Part shown: positions 27,132 through 35,741 of the stretch, in pieces | Position numbering within the stretch: position 1 is the stretch's first letter | How the letters are laid out: every line of letters starts with the position of its first letter | Source of the DNA: Clostridia bacterium | GTDB lineage: Bacteria; Bacillota; Clostridia; Oscillospirales; CAG-272 | Length of the DNA: 64,000 bases | Direction: 5' to 3' | Assembly (NCBI GenBank): GCA_017463865.1 | Contig: JAFTOI010000040.1 | Coordinates: 40,892-104,891, forward strand | Program-made: the position numbers and the translations under genes | The notes under the pieces: model-generated | The model's database searches: none | Told to the model about the DNA's origin: nothing | What the model saw: the letters and a program-made list of their open reading frames with translations, nothing else

Positions 27132-27160
27132 ATTATACCGCAGAATCGGCGTTTTGTCAA
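27132..27160 (-). promoter_or_regulatory. sigmaA promoter
   Basis: TTGACA-N17-TATAAT, consensus. Confidence 0.85.
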
Positions 27161-27166
27161 GTGTTT

Positions 27167-28213
27167 TTACAGCCGAATCTCCCCACGGAAATCGCACTCG
27201 ATGCCGCAGGCAGCCAGCACAACGCGGTGGATCATCGCCTCATAGGCCAGCTCCTCGTCGGTCGACGGGCCGCGGGCGACCTTTTCGGCGAAGTCGCGCA
27301 TCATGTCGTCGTAGCGGTCGAAGTCGGCAAAGCGGCGGTATTCGCCGCGGTTGCGCCAGGACAGGCGCTTGGTGCCCTCGCGTCTGTACAGGATGCGCTC
27401 CGACTCGAGGGTCGAGACGCAGGTGGTAGAGGTGTTCATCTCGAGCGGCTTGATCTCGATGGTGCCGCGCGAGCCGGCGACGACCAGTTGGCGGCGCGGG
27501 AAGCCGCCCACCTCAGCCCCGCAGGTCTTGAGGAAGGAGCAGCCGTTCTTGTACTGGAAGACCGCCATGCCGAACTCGGTGGCGGTGACGCCGTCGATGC
27601 CGGTGGGCTTGTTGAAGGGGATGATTGCCTCGGGGACACCCATGAAGCGGACGATGAGGTCGGCGAGGTGGCAGCCGAGGTAGAAGGTCATGCCCCCCTT
27701 GAAGTGACCCAGCCAATCGCGCTTTTCCAGCGCCAGATCGCAGTTCATCTGCGCCTCGACCGCGTAAAGCTCGCCCAACTTGCCCGACCGGGCAAGCTCG
27801 AGCGCCTCGCGGACGGCGGGGTTGTAGCGGTACATGTATTCGATGGCGAAGACCTTGCCGTGTGCCTTGACGGTCGAGAGCATCCGCTCGAAGTCGGCGG
27901 GATCCTCACTGCCCGGCTTGTCCATGGTGACGTGCAGACCGGCGTCGGCGGCCATCTGCGCGTATTTGACGAGGTTCCAGTCGTCGGTCTCGATGGCGGC
28001 GGCGTCAAGGCCGGGGATGGACAGCGCCTCCTCGACGGTCAGCGACGGCGTGCCTTCGTAGGCCTTGATGCGGTCATTGTACATGACTTCCTCGCCGGGG
28101 AGCACGACGTGCCCCATGACCTCGAACAGGTCGGTCTGCTTGCGGAGGCTCTTGAAGATGACATCGGCGTGGTCGTGGCCGACGCCAATCTGGACGATCT
28201 TGATCTTGCTCAT
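27167..28213 (-). CDS. Gfo/Idh/MocA oxidoreductase
   Basis: IGVGHDHA, MDKPG, YRYNP, GGMTFYLGCH motifs. Confidence 0.85.
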   Translation of the reverse strand: MSKIKIVQIGVGHDHADVIFKSLRKQTDLFEVMGHVVLPGEEVMYNDRIKAYEGTPSLTVEEALSIPGLDAAAIETDDWNLVKYAQMAADAGLHVTMDKPGSEDPADFERMLSTVKAHGKVFAIEYMYRYNPAVREALELARSGKLGELYAVEAQMNCDLALEKRDWLGHFKGGMTFYLGCHLADLIVRFMGVPEAIIPFNKPTGIDGVTATEFGMAVFQYKNGCSFLKTCGAEVGGFPRRQLVVAGSRGTIEIKPLEMNTSTTCVSTLESERILYRREGTKRLSWRNRGEYRRFADFDRYDDMMRDFAEKVARGPSTDEELAYEAMIHRVVLAACGIECDFRGEIRL

Positions 28214-28225
28214 GCGGCTCGCTCC

Positions 28226-29548
28226 TTATTCTTTGACGATCTTCGCCGTGAAGACGATGCCGCCTGTCCAGTCGGCGTTGTTGCAGGCGATGTAAAAGGT
28301 GTCGCCGACCAGGCTGATATTCTCGGGCTCGTAGGACTTGATGCCGATCGGAATTTTGGTGATGAAGTTACCGTCCCAGTCGTAGACGAAGATCACGTTG
28401 TCGGGCTCCTCGGTGTTTGATTTGGTCGAGTAGAGGACGTGATAGATGTACTTATCGTCGGCGCAGATGCCCTGCGTGACAAGAGTGGTGTTCTTGCCCT
28501 GATGGTAGGTGACGTAGTTCAGATCCTTGTCGTAGATGCACATATTGGTCTTGCCCAGACCCGACACGAACTGCCCGCGCAGCGGATTGTACTCGAGGGC
28601 GTACGCGCCGTTCGAGCCGCCCAGCGACTTGCGCTCCTTGAATTCGAGCGTGTCGGCATCAAGAACCGTAATGCGCTTCGAGTCGACATAGCAGCTGACC
28701 ACATAGAGCTCGTTGGTCTCGGGAATGTAGGTGATGTCGTTGGCGTGGTCAAGCACCAGCGACTTCGAGCGGCCGACCTCCTTCCAGGTCTCGCGGTCAT
28801 ACTTGAGGATATACGCCTCGACGGCGGACTCGGGGAAGTCGGCGGTGTTGATCAGCGCAAAATAGGCGTAGTCCTCGGTGACGACGCCGCCCTGCATGAC
28901 CTTGTAGTTGCCGATGCGGGGGACGGGGCCGACCAGCTTGGTCTCAGCGATGAAGCTGTCGGTCGAATTGAGGATGGTGCTCGGGCCCATATCCATTACC
29001 TCACTGACATAATGATAGCCGACCGGGATGCGGAGCACCCCGTCGCCGACCTCGATGCCCTCGACCTTGCCGGCGAGGACTTCATCAATAAAATACTGCA
29101 CGCCGCGGTAGCTGTCGACGTCGTCTGCGCCGACGATCAGCAGCTGGGTCTCGGTGGCCGAGATGGCGAAGGTGCCGGGGACAAGTTCAGCCTGCAGCGC
29201 CTTGCCGGCCGGGCGGTTGGTGGTGCCGAGGATGATCTCGGCGGCGTTCGGGTCGATGGTACTCTCGTCCTTGACCCAGTCGGTGGTGATGACCGCGCTC
29301 GACGAGTGGGCCGACAACGCCTTGTACAGGCCGGTGGCGGCCCTGACCATCAGGTCACCGGCGTTATCCGAGCGGACGATGGGCAGGGTGAGGACGTCGA
29401 GCATCTTCACCTCAGCCGGTGCCGGTTCGGTGATGCCGGCATCGGTCGAAGAAACAGAATCGCCCCCCTGCGCCGCGGAGCCGCAGGCAGAGAGGGCGAT
29501 GGAGAGCAGAGCGAGAAGCGCGCACGCGGCGCGGCGGGAATTGTTCAT
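28226..29548 (-). CDS. Lipoprotein with a GH20/GH67-type N-terminal module and a C-terminal beta-propeller-like domain
   Basis: LSAC lipobox; EIILGTTNR..LLIVGAD..GVQYF; MQGGVVT, HANDITY, QGICAD, EPENI blade-like motifs. Confidence 0.65.
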   Translation of the reverse strand: MNNSRRAACALLALLSIALSACGSAAQGGDSVSSTDAGITEPAPAEVKMLDVLTLPIVRSDNAGDLMVRAATGLYKALSAHSSSAVITTDWVKDESTIDPNAAEIILGTTNRPAGKALQAELVPGTFAISATETQLLIVGADDVDSYRGVQYFIDEVLAGKVEGIEVGDGVLRIPVGYHYVSEVMDMGPSTILNSTDSFIAETKLVGPVPRIGNYKVMQGGVVTEDYAYFALINTADFPESAVEAYILKYDRETWKEVGRSKSLVLDHANDITYIPETNELYVVSCYVDSKRITVLDADTLEFKERKSLGGSNGAYALEYNPLRGQFVSGLGKTNMCIYDKDLNYVTYHQGKNTTLVTQGICADDKYIYHVLYSTKSNTEEPDNVIFVYDWDGNFITKIPIGIKSYEPENISLVGDTFYIACNNADWTGGIVFTAKIVKE

Positions 29549-29641
29549 AGGTGTTACCTCGTTTTTTGGCTGCTGTGCCCGGACGGCGCGGCAAAAGAGC
29601 CCCACAGGGACGAGCCGCGGCGGGATGATGGGGCAGGGGGC

Positions 29642-30076
29642 TTAGAAATGTCCGCTCTTGCGGCGGTTGTAGTCAGAGCGGGGGTTGACGATCTCGCGCC
29701 AGTCGAGGTCGCCGCGGTCGAGGGCGCAGACCAGCACCTCCGCCGACGCGATATTGGTGGCGTAGGGGATGTTATAGTAGTCGCACAAGCGCAGCAGCTC
29801 GTGGTCGTTCTCGTCATAAAAATCCTTCTGACGGGTGTCGCGGAAGTAGAGAAGGACGTCGATCTCGTTGTACGCGATACGGGAGGCGATCTGCTGCTCG
29901 CCGCCATGCTCACCGGTCAGCAGGCGCTCGATGTGGAGCCCCGTCGCCTCGGAGATAAACTTGGCCGTGATGCTGGTCGCACACAGATTATGCTTGCTCA
30001 GAATGCCGCAGTAGGCGATACAGAATTGGGTCATCAGTTCTTTTTTCATGTCGTGTGCGATGATCGCGATTTCCAT
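29642..30076 (-). CDS. mgsA: Methylglyoxal synthase-like protein (divergent active site)
   Basis: IAIIAHDMKK, GGEQQI, FRD, IPYATN motifs; lies downstream of minD. Confidence 0.75.
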   Translation of the reverse strand: MEIAIIAHDMKKELMTQFCIAYCGILSKHNLCATSITAKFISEATGLHIERLLTGEHGGEQQIASRIAYNEIDVLLYFRDTRQKDFYDENDHELLRLCDYYNIPYATNIASAEVLVCALDRGDLDWREIVNPRSDYNRRKSGHF

Positions 30077-30131
30077 CAAATATCAGTCCTTTCGTATATT
30101 GGTATCTATATGTCGATTGGGTGCACCGTAG

Positions 30132-30953
30132 TCAGCGCTCGACCAGGCGTCGGCGGCGCAGGCGGCGCAGGCCGGCGAAGAGGGGCACGCTCTCGCCGCA
30201 CAGGCGCGCGGCCAGGTTATCAATGGCGCGGGCGGTGTTTTTTGCAGCCGATTCGGTGTAGAGCTTGCCTGCCTCCTGACCCAGCTCCAACCCCCGGTCC
30301 TCGGGAATGACGCCGAGGATGGCGGTGCGGGTCATGTCGATGATGGCGTTGATGCCGGGGCGGCGGCCGTCCATGACGGCGTCGATGTCGAAGCGGTTGA
30401 GCACCAGCTTCTGGCCGGGCACGCCGCGGCTGTCGAGGAGCAGTCCGGTCTTCTCAGCCCCGCGGATGGCGGCGGGGTGGTGGCCGGTGACGATCAGCGC
30501 CATGTCGGCGCTCTGCGCGGCCAGTGTCAGCAGGGCCTCGGCGCTGCCGGGGGTGTCGATGAGGATGAAGTCGGCCCCGGTCGCCTCGGCGGCTTCGCGC
30601 AGCACCTCGCCGAAGCGGGCGGTAAAGGCATCGTCGAGCAGGGCGCTGGGCTCGTCCTCGCCCAGAAAGGGGGCGGGGAGCAGGTGCAGTCCCTCGGCGC
30701 GCGGGTCGGCCAGCAGGGCGTCGGCGACGGCGGCACGTCCGGCGATGACATCGCAGAGATCATAGAGGACGGCGTCCTCACAGCCGAAGAGCAGATCGAG
30801 GGTGCGGTTGGAAAAATCGCAGTCGACGGCAAGCACATGCTTGCCGCGTCTGGCCAGCGCCAGCGCAAGATTGGCGGTGACGGTCGATTTGCCGACCCCT
30901 CCCTTGCAGGAGGTGACGAGGACTGAGACAAATTTACAAGAATTATCCGACAT
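30132..30953 (-). CDS. minD: Septum site-determining ATPase MinD
   Basis: SCKGGVGKST, DCD..NRTLD, IDTPG motifs; basic C-terminal membrane-targeting tail. Confidence 0.8.
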   Translation of the reverse strand: MSDNSCKFVSVLVTSCKGGVGKSTVTANLALALARRGKHVLAVDCDFSNRTLDLLFGCEDAVLYDLCDVIAGRAAVADALLADPRAEGLHLLPAPFLGEDEPSALLDDAFTARFGEVLREAAEATGADFILIDTPGSAEALLTLAAQSADMALIVTGHHPAAIRGAEKTGLLLDSRGVPGQKLVLNRFDIDAVMDGRRPGINAIIDMTRTAILGVIPEDRGLELGQEAGKLYTESAAKNTARAIDNLAARLCGESVPLFAGLRRLRRRRLVER

Positions 30954-31145
30954 GTTTGCCTCTCCTCTGTGCAAATTGCTGGACGGAAATCCAACTTCAG
31001 TATTATTATACCATGAAAATGCCAGTATTGTCAACTGGTCGGGGCGTCTTTTTGGAAAAAAAGTTTAGCGGACGAAGCAAGACCCAAAAACGCCGAAATT
31101 TGCAAGTTAAAACGAAAGAACTTGCAGGCTTCTTCGTAAATCCTC

Positions 31146-31174
31146 TTGCAATTTTGCGGAAAATCGTGTATAAT
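31146..31174 (+). promoter_or_regulatory. sigmaA promoter of glyA
   Basis: TTGCAA-N17-TATAAT. Confidence 0.7.
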
Positions 31175-31209
31175 AGACGCAATATTATTTTTCCAAGGGG
31201 GATCCTGCC

Positions 31210-32460
31210 ATGATCAAAGATATGTACACCCGCCTGGCCGAGTTTGACCCGGCGGTAGCCGATGCCATCCGCGCCGAATACGCGCGCCAGCAGAACGGCA
31301 TCGAGCTGATCGCGTCTGAAAACTTCGTCTCGGAGGCCGTCCTGCTGGCCGCCGGCTCGATCATGACTAACAAATATGCCGAGGGCTACCCGGCAAAGCG
31401 CTACTACGGCGGCTGCGCCTGCGTTGATGTAGCTGAGAATCTGGCCATCGAGCGCGCGAAGGAGCTCTTCGGCGCCAACTACGTCAACGTCCAGCCCCAC
31501 AGCGGCGCGCAGGCCAACACGGCCGTTTACGTCGCCCTGCTCCAGCCCGGCGACACCGTCATGGGCATGAGCCTGGCCCACGGCGGTCACCTGACCCACG
31601 GCAGCCCGGTCAACATCTCCGGCCTCTACTTCAACTTCGTTCCCTACGGCGTTGACGACGAGACTCACCGCATCGACTACGATAAGTTCGAGCAGCAGGC
31701 CCACGAGGTCAAGCCCAAGCTGATCGTTGCCGGCGCGTCGGCCTATCCGCGCATCATCGACTTCGAGCGCATGGCCAAGGTCGCGCACGACGTCGGCGCT
31801 TACTTCATGGTCGACATGGCGCACATCGCCGGCCTCGTCGCCGCCGGTGAGCATCCCTCGCCCATCCCCTATGCCGACATCGTCACCACCACCACCCACA
31901 AGACCCTGCGCGGCCCGCGCGGCGGCATGATCCTTGCCCGCGACGAGGAGAAGTTCGCGAAGCTCCTCAACAAGGGCGTCTTCCCGGGCACCCAGGGCGG
32001 CCCGCTGATGCACATCATCGCCGCCAAGGCCGTCTGCTTCGGCGAGGCGCTGAAGCCCGAGTTCAAGGACTACCAGCACCGCATCGTCGAGAACGCGAAG
32101 GTGTTGGCCGAGAGCCTGCTGGCCGAGGGCTTTGACCTCGTCTCGGGCGGCACCGACAACCATCTCGCCCTCCTTGATCTGCGCCCGGTCGGCCTCACCG
32201 GCAAGGAGTTTGAGCGCCGTCTCGACGAGGTGCACATCACCGTCAACAAGAACGCCATCCCCAACGACCCGCAGTCGCCCTTTATCACCAGCGGCATCCG
32301 CGTCGGTACCCCCGCCGCCACCACCCGCGGTCTGGGCACCGATGACATGCGTACCCTCGCCCGCCTCTTCAAGCGCACCGCCGTCGCCTTCGACACCGAG
32401 GCCGACGCCATCCGCGCCGAGGTCGCCGAGCTGTGCAAGAAATATCCGCTCTACGAGTAA
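31210..32460 (+). CDS. glyA: Serine hydroxymethyltransferase
   Basis: [27 protein letters not shown] motifs. Confidence 0.97.
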   Translation: MIKDMYTRLAEFDPAVADAIRAEYARQQNGIELIASENFVSEAVLLAAGSIMTNKYAEGYPAKRYYGGCACVDVAENLAIERAKELFGANYVNVQPHSGAQANTAVYVALLQPGDTVMGMSLAHGGHLTHGSPVNISGLYFNFVPYGVDDETHRIDYDKFEQQAHEVKPKLIVAGASAYPRIIDFERMAKVAHDVGAYFMVDMAHIAGLVAAGEHPSPIPYADIVTTTTHKTLRGPRGGMILARDEEKFAKLLNKGVFPGTQGGPLMHIIAAKAVCFGEALKPEFKDYQHRIVENAKVLAESLLAEGFDLVSGGTDNHLALLDLRPVGLTGKEFERRLDEVHITVNKNAIPNDPQSPFITSGIRVGTPAATTRGLGTDDMRTLARLFKRTAVAFDTEADAIRAEVAELCKKYPLYE

Positions 32461-32476
32461 GTTCAGCAGACATCAT

Positions 32477-32507
32477 GAAAAAGCAGCGTCACCGACGCTG
32501 CTTTTTC
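32477..32507 (+). terminator. Intrinsic terminator
   Basis: GAAAAAGCAGCGTC-acc-GACGCTGCTTTTTC. Confidence 0.65.
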
Positions 32508-32525
32508 CGAAAGTGAGGTGAAAAC

Positions 32526-34229
32526 ATGCAGACCCAGCTCCGTCCCCCGCCGCTGCGGGAGGTGATCGACGAGGGGGCGCCCCGCCGCCTGCCCCGGCGG
32601 CGATGGCGGATCCCGCCGGTGGTGACCGAATTCTTTCTATTCTATCTTGCCGCCGTCCTGCGGTTCCTCTACTACGGCTTCCGCTACTTCCCGCAGCTCG
32701 ACGACTACATACAATACGACAAATACGCCCGCTTCGCGCCCCTGGGCGAGATGATCGAGCGGCTGGGCCTGCTGGCCTCCCGCCCCATCGCCGGGGTGGC
32801 CGACATCGCGGTCTGGTCGCACTTCTGGGGGGGCGGGATGATCCTCGCCATCCTCCTGCTCGGCGCTCTGTGGACGGCGTCGGCCCTGCTTTTTCGGCGG
32901 GTCTTCGACCGCCTGTTCGGGTGCGGCAGCCTCTTCTGCGTGCTTTATCTGCTGCTGCCGCTGACCTTCGAGGGGACATACTGGCTCTCAGCGGCGACCC
33001 GCGTCGTCTGCGGGATGTTCTTCTGCGCGCTGTCGCTGTGGCTCTATCTGCGCTTCATCGAGGGCGGACGCTGGCCATACGCTGCCTCCTTCGCCGTCGC
33101 CCAGCTGGCCGCCTTCGGCTTCTACGAGCAGACCCTTGCCCTCGCCGGCGGCGCGGCGCTGGGGATGCTGCTTTTGTACCTGCCCCGGCGGCGCTTCTGC
33201 CGCCGGGCGCTGTCGGGCTTGCTGACGCTGGTGAATCTGGCCGTCTACTTCACCTTTACCGGCCTCAACAGCACCGGCAGTCTGGCTGACCGCATGCAGC
33301 TCGTTCTGCCCTGGCACGATGGCTATTTTGACGTTTTCCTGCCCGAACTCCTCGGCCAGATGCGCTCCGCCTTCCTCGGCGGAGGCTGGTACACCCTCTC
33401 CCGCGGCTTCGCGCGGGGGCTGGCGCTGATCGCCGATGGGGGCTGGTGGTATCTCGCCCTTTTCGCCCTGATCGCGCTGGGCATCGGAGCCTTCTGCCTC
33501 ACCCCCGCCGGGGCGAACGGCCGTGCCACACGGCGGATCGGCTCAGGCTGGGCGGCCTTCGCTTTCGCACTGCTCTGCATCGCGGCGGCGATCTCCCCCT
33601 TCTTCGTGGTCGCCAACCCGTGGTTCTCGCTGCGGAACACCGTCCCCGCGCTGGCCGGGCTCGCCCTGCTCGCCGACTGCGCCCTGCGCGCCCTCTTCGG
33701 GCGGCACGCACGGAGCGCCCAGCAGACCGCCGCCATTGCAGCCTGCCTGCTGACCCTCGTCTGCGGCATCGCATCGGTGTCTGAGCTGCACGACTACCGC
33801 GCGACCTACGACAACGACCAGACCGCCCTCACCGCCCTCGCTGAACAGCTTGACGGCGCCGACGGCCGCATCGGCATCCTGAACCTCAACCCGAGCTATC
33901 TCGCCGAGCAGAACAGCTTCTACCACGAGCACATCCACGGCGTCACCGAGAGCTACTGGGCCATCCAAGGCGCACTCTGGGCCATGACCGACGCCGTGCC
34001 GAACGTCTACCCCCTCGCGACCGACTCCTACCCATACTACACCGCCTGGAACCGCGACCTCAAGCGCATCGGCGCGTTTGATTCGCTCTGGTGGTGGGAT
34101 CACGACACCGCCACCCTCACCCCCCTCACCGCCGCCGGCTCGGACGAGACCGGCTGGACACTGACCGCGCCGGACGGCACGGTCATGGCGCAGGTGTGGG
34201 GGCACGAGGGCGCGGGATATATTGAATGA
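32526..34229 (+). CDS. Polytopic membrane protein, GT-C/GtrII-like glycosyltransferase
   Basis: Many TM segments; FPQLDDY and SRPIAG near the N-terminus; GFYEQ motif. Confidence 0.65.
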   Translation: MQTQLRPPPLREVIDEGAPRRLPRRRWRIPPVVTEFFLFYLAAVLRFLYYGFRYFPQLDDYIQYDKYARFAPLGEMIERLGLLASRPIAGVADIAVWSHFWGGGMILAILLLGALWTASALLFRRVFDRLFGCGSLFCVLYLLLPLTFEGTYWLSAATRVVCGMFFCALSLWLYLRFIEGGRWPYAASFAVAQLAAFGFYEQTLALAGGAALGMLLLYLPRRRFCRRALSGLLTLVNLAVYFTFTGLNSTGSLADRMQLVLPWHDGYFDVFLPELLGQMRSAFLGGGWYTLSRGFARGLALIADGGWWYLALFALIALGIGAFCLTPAGANGRATRRIGSGWAAFAFALLCIAAAISPFFVVANPWFSLRNTVPALAGLALLADCALRALFGRHARSAQQTAAIAACLLTLVCGIASVSELHDYRATYDNDQTALTALAEQLDGADGRIGILNLNPSYLAEQNSFYHEHIHGVTESYWAIQGALWAMTDAVPNVYPLATDSYPYYTAWNRDLKRIGAFDSLWWWDHDTATLTPLTAAGSDETGWTLTAPDGTVMAQVWGHEGAGYIE

Positions 34230-34263
34230 AGAAAACCGAGCGTCGGTGACGCTCGGTTTTCTT
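34228..34263. terminator. Bidirectional terminator
   Basis: AAGAAAACCGAGCGTC-ggt-GACGCTCGGTTTTCTT between convergent genes. Confidence 0.75.
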
Positions 34264-35024
34264 TATTCGGTCACAAAATCAGCAAGCGCCAGGGCAATGT
34301 CAAAATGCCCCGCGTCGTGCTGGGTGTGGGCGATCTGCCCCTCCTTGCGCCGCGCATCCCATTTCGGTGCGTCGAGCAGGTCGCCGCTGGTAAAGAACAC
34401 ATACAGCTCCAGCCCGCGGAAATCGCACACTGCCTGCGCGGCGGCACTTTCCATCTCGACCGAGAGGCATCCGTCGGCCTTTCGCCGGGCAAAGTTGCCC
34501 TCGGTCTCGCGGTAAAAGGCATCAGTCGTCCATGTCTTGCCCACGGCGCATGGGATGCCGTTGGCTTGCATGAAGCGCTCCACGATAGATGCGTTGGGGA
34601 TACTGATGTAGTCAGCGGGCGGCGCGTAGTGGTAGGAGGTGCCCTCGTCGCGGTAGGCGGCGGTGGGGACGATCACCTTGCCGCGAGCAATCTCCTTGTC
34701 CAGACAGCCGCAGCCGCCGAAAAGGATGTATTTGTCGGTGTTGACTTTCGCCAATGATGACTCGATCGCCGCCGCGCAAGCCGGAGCACCCACCGGCGTT
34801 TTGAAGAAGGCAAATTGTTTTCCGTTATGCGTAATGGCATAAATAGGGGTGATTCCCGTTACCGATTCGAGCTGTGCGATTTCTTGGCAGGGGTAGTGCT
34901 CCAGAACAAACTGCTCGATCAGATAGGAAAAGGTCATGATGCAGGCATCGACCGCAGGCGCGTCTGGATTCCGCTGTGGATTGATCTTCGCCGGGGATTT
35001 GTTGTCAAAGCTGTCGGTGATCAT
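34263..35024 (-). CDS. Nucleoside phosphorylase (PNP/UDP family)
   Basis: RDEGTSYHY, WTTDAFYRET, VEME motifs; GGAGG RBS before MITDSFD. Confidence 0.85.
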   Translation of the reverse strand: MITDSFDNKSPAKINPQRNPDAPAVDACIMTFSYLIEQFVLEHYPCQEIAQLESVTGITPIYAITHNGKQFAFFKTPVGAPACAAAIESSLAKVNTDKYILFGGCGCLDKEIARGKVIVPTAAYRDEGTSYHYAPPADYISIPNASIVERFMQANGIPCAVGKTWTTDAFYRETEGNFARRKADGCLSVEMESAAAQAVCDFRGLELYVFFTSGDLLDAPKWDARRKEGQIAHTQHDAGHFDIALALADFVTE

Positions 35025-35079
35025 CGTTTTCCTCCATGATGCAGAAACGCTCGGACAGACGACCGGGCGTTTCGGTTGG

Positions 35080-35628
35080 TTACATATACTTCTGCATGTG
35101 GATCTCGCTGCGCATGCTGCCGTCCTTGAGCCGGTAGGCGTTGGGCTTCTCCGCAACGATGCGGAAGCCGAATTTTTCATAGAGACGGCGGCCGCGCTCG
35201 TTGCCCTCCATGTATTCCAGCTCAACGAGCATGGTGCCCCGTTCCTGTGCGGCGGCGAGAAGTCCCTCAAACATTGCAGAGCCGATGCCCAGACCCCAGT
35301 AGTCGCGCAGAATGGCGATGCAGATCACCGCGCGGTGACTGGTTTTGATACCGCCGCGGAAGTTGATCTCGGCGTTGCCCACTACGCGGCCGTCGATATA
35401 GCAGGTAATGGCCAGCGCGTCGGGGGCTTCAAGGAAGCGCTTTGCCCAGGCTTCCTCCTTTTCAATGGTAAGGAAGCCCCACTCCTCGGGATAGCGAGCG
35501 AGAAACTCAGTTTCACCGCAGGAGGTCTTGATAAAGTCGATCAGCTGCGCCGCGTCCTCAGGGCGGGGACTTTGCAGGACGGCGGTCTTGCCGTTCTTTA
35601 AGGTAATTTCTTTGGTCTCAAATACCAT
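35080..35628 (-). CDS. GNAT family N-acetyltransferase
   Basis: YWGLGIGS, N..GRRLYEKFGF motifs. Confidence 0.88.
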   Translation of the reverse strand: MVFETKEITLKNGKTAVLQSPRPEDAAQLIDFIKTSCGETEFLARYPEEWGFLTIEKEEAWAKRFLEAPDALAITCYIDGRVVGNAEINFRGGIKTSHRAVICIAILRDYWGLGIGSAMFEGLLAAAQERGTMLVELEYMEGNERGRRLYEKFGFRIVAEKPNAYRLKDGSMRSEIHMQKYM

Positions 35629-35659
35629 TGTGCGTCTCCTTTCACCGCCGAATATGTCC

Positions 35660-35741
35660 TTGTCAGAAAGTTTTTGAAGGTTCTTAGGGGACTTTTTTCA
35701 AAAAGTCCCCTAAGCGGGGTTTGGGGCAGCGCCCCATGCCC
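35660..35741 (-). repeat. Post-stop-codon double-hairpin repeat, copy D
   Basis: TAA-GGGCA-TGGGGCGCTGCCCCAAACCCCG-[CTTAGGGGACTTTTT ga AAAAAGTCCCCTAAG]-AACCTTCAAAAACTTTCTGACAA. Confidence 0.8.
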
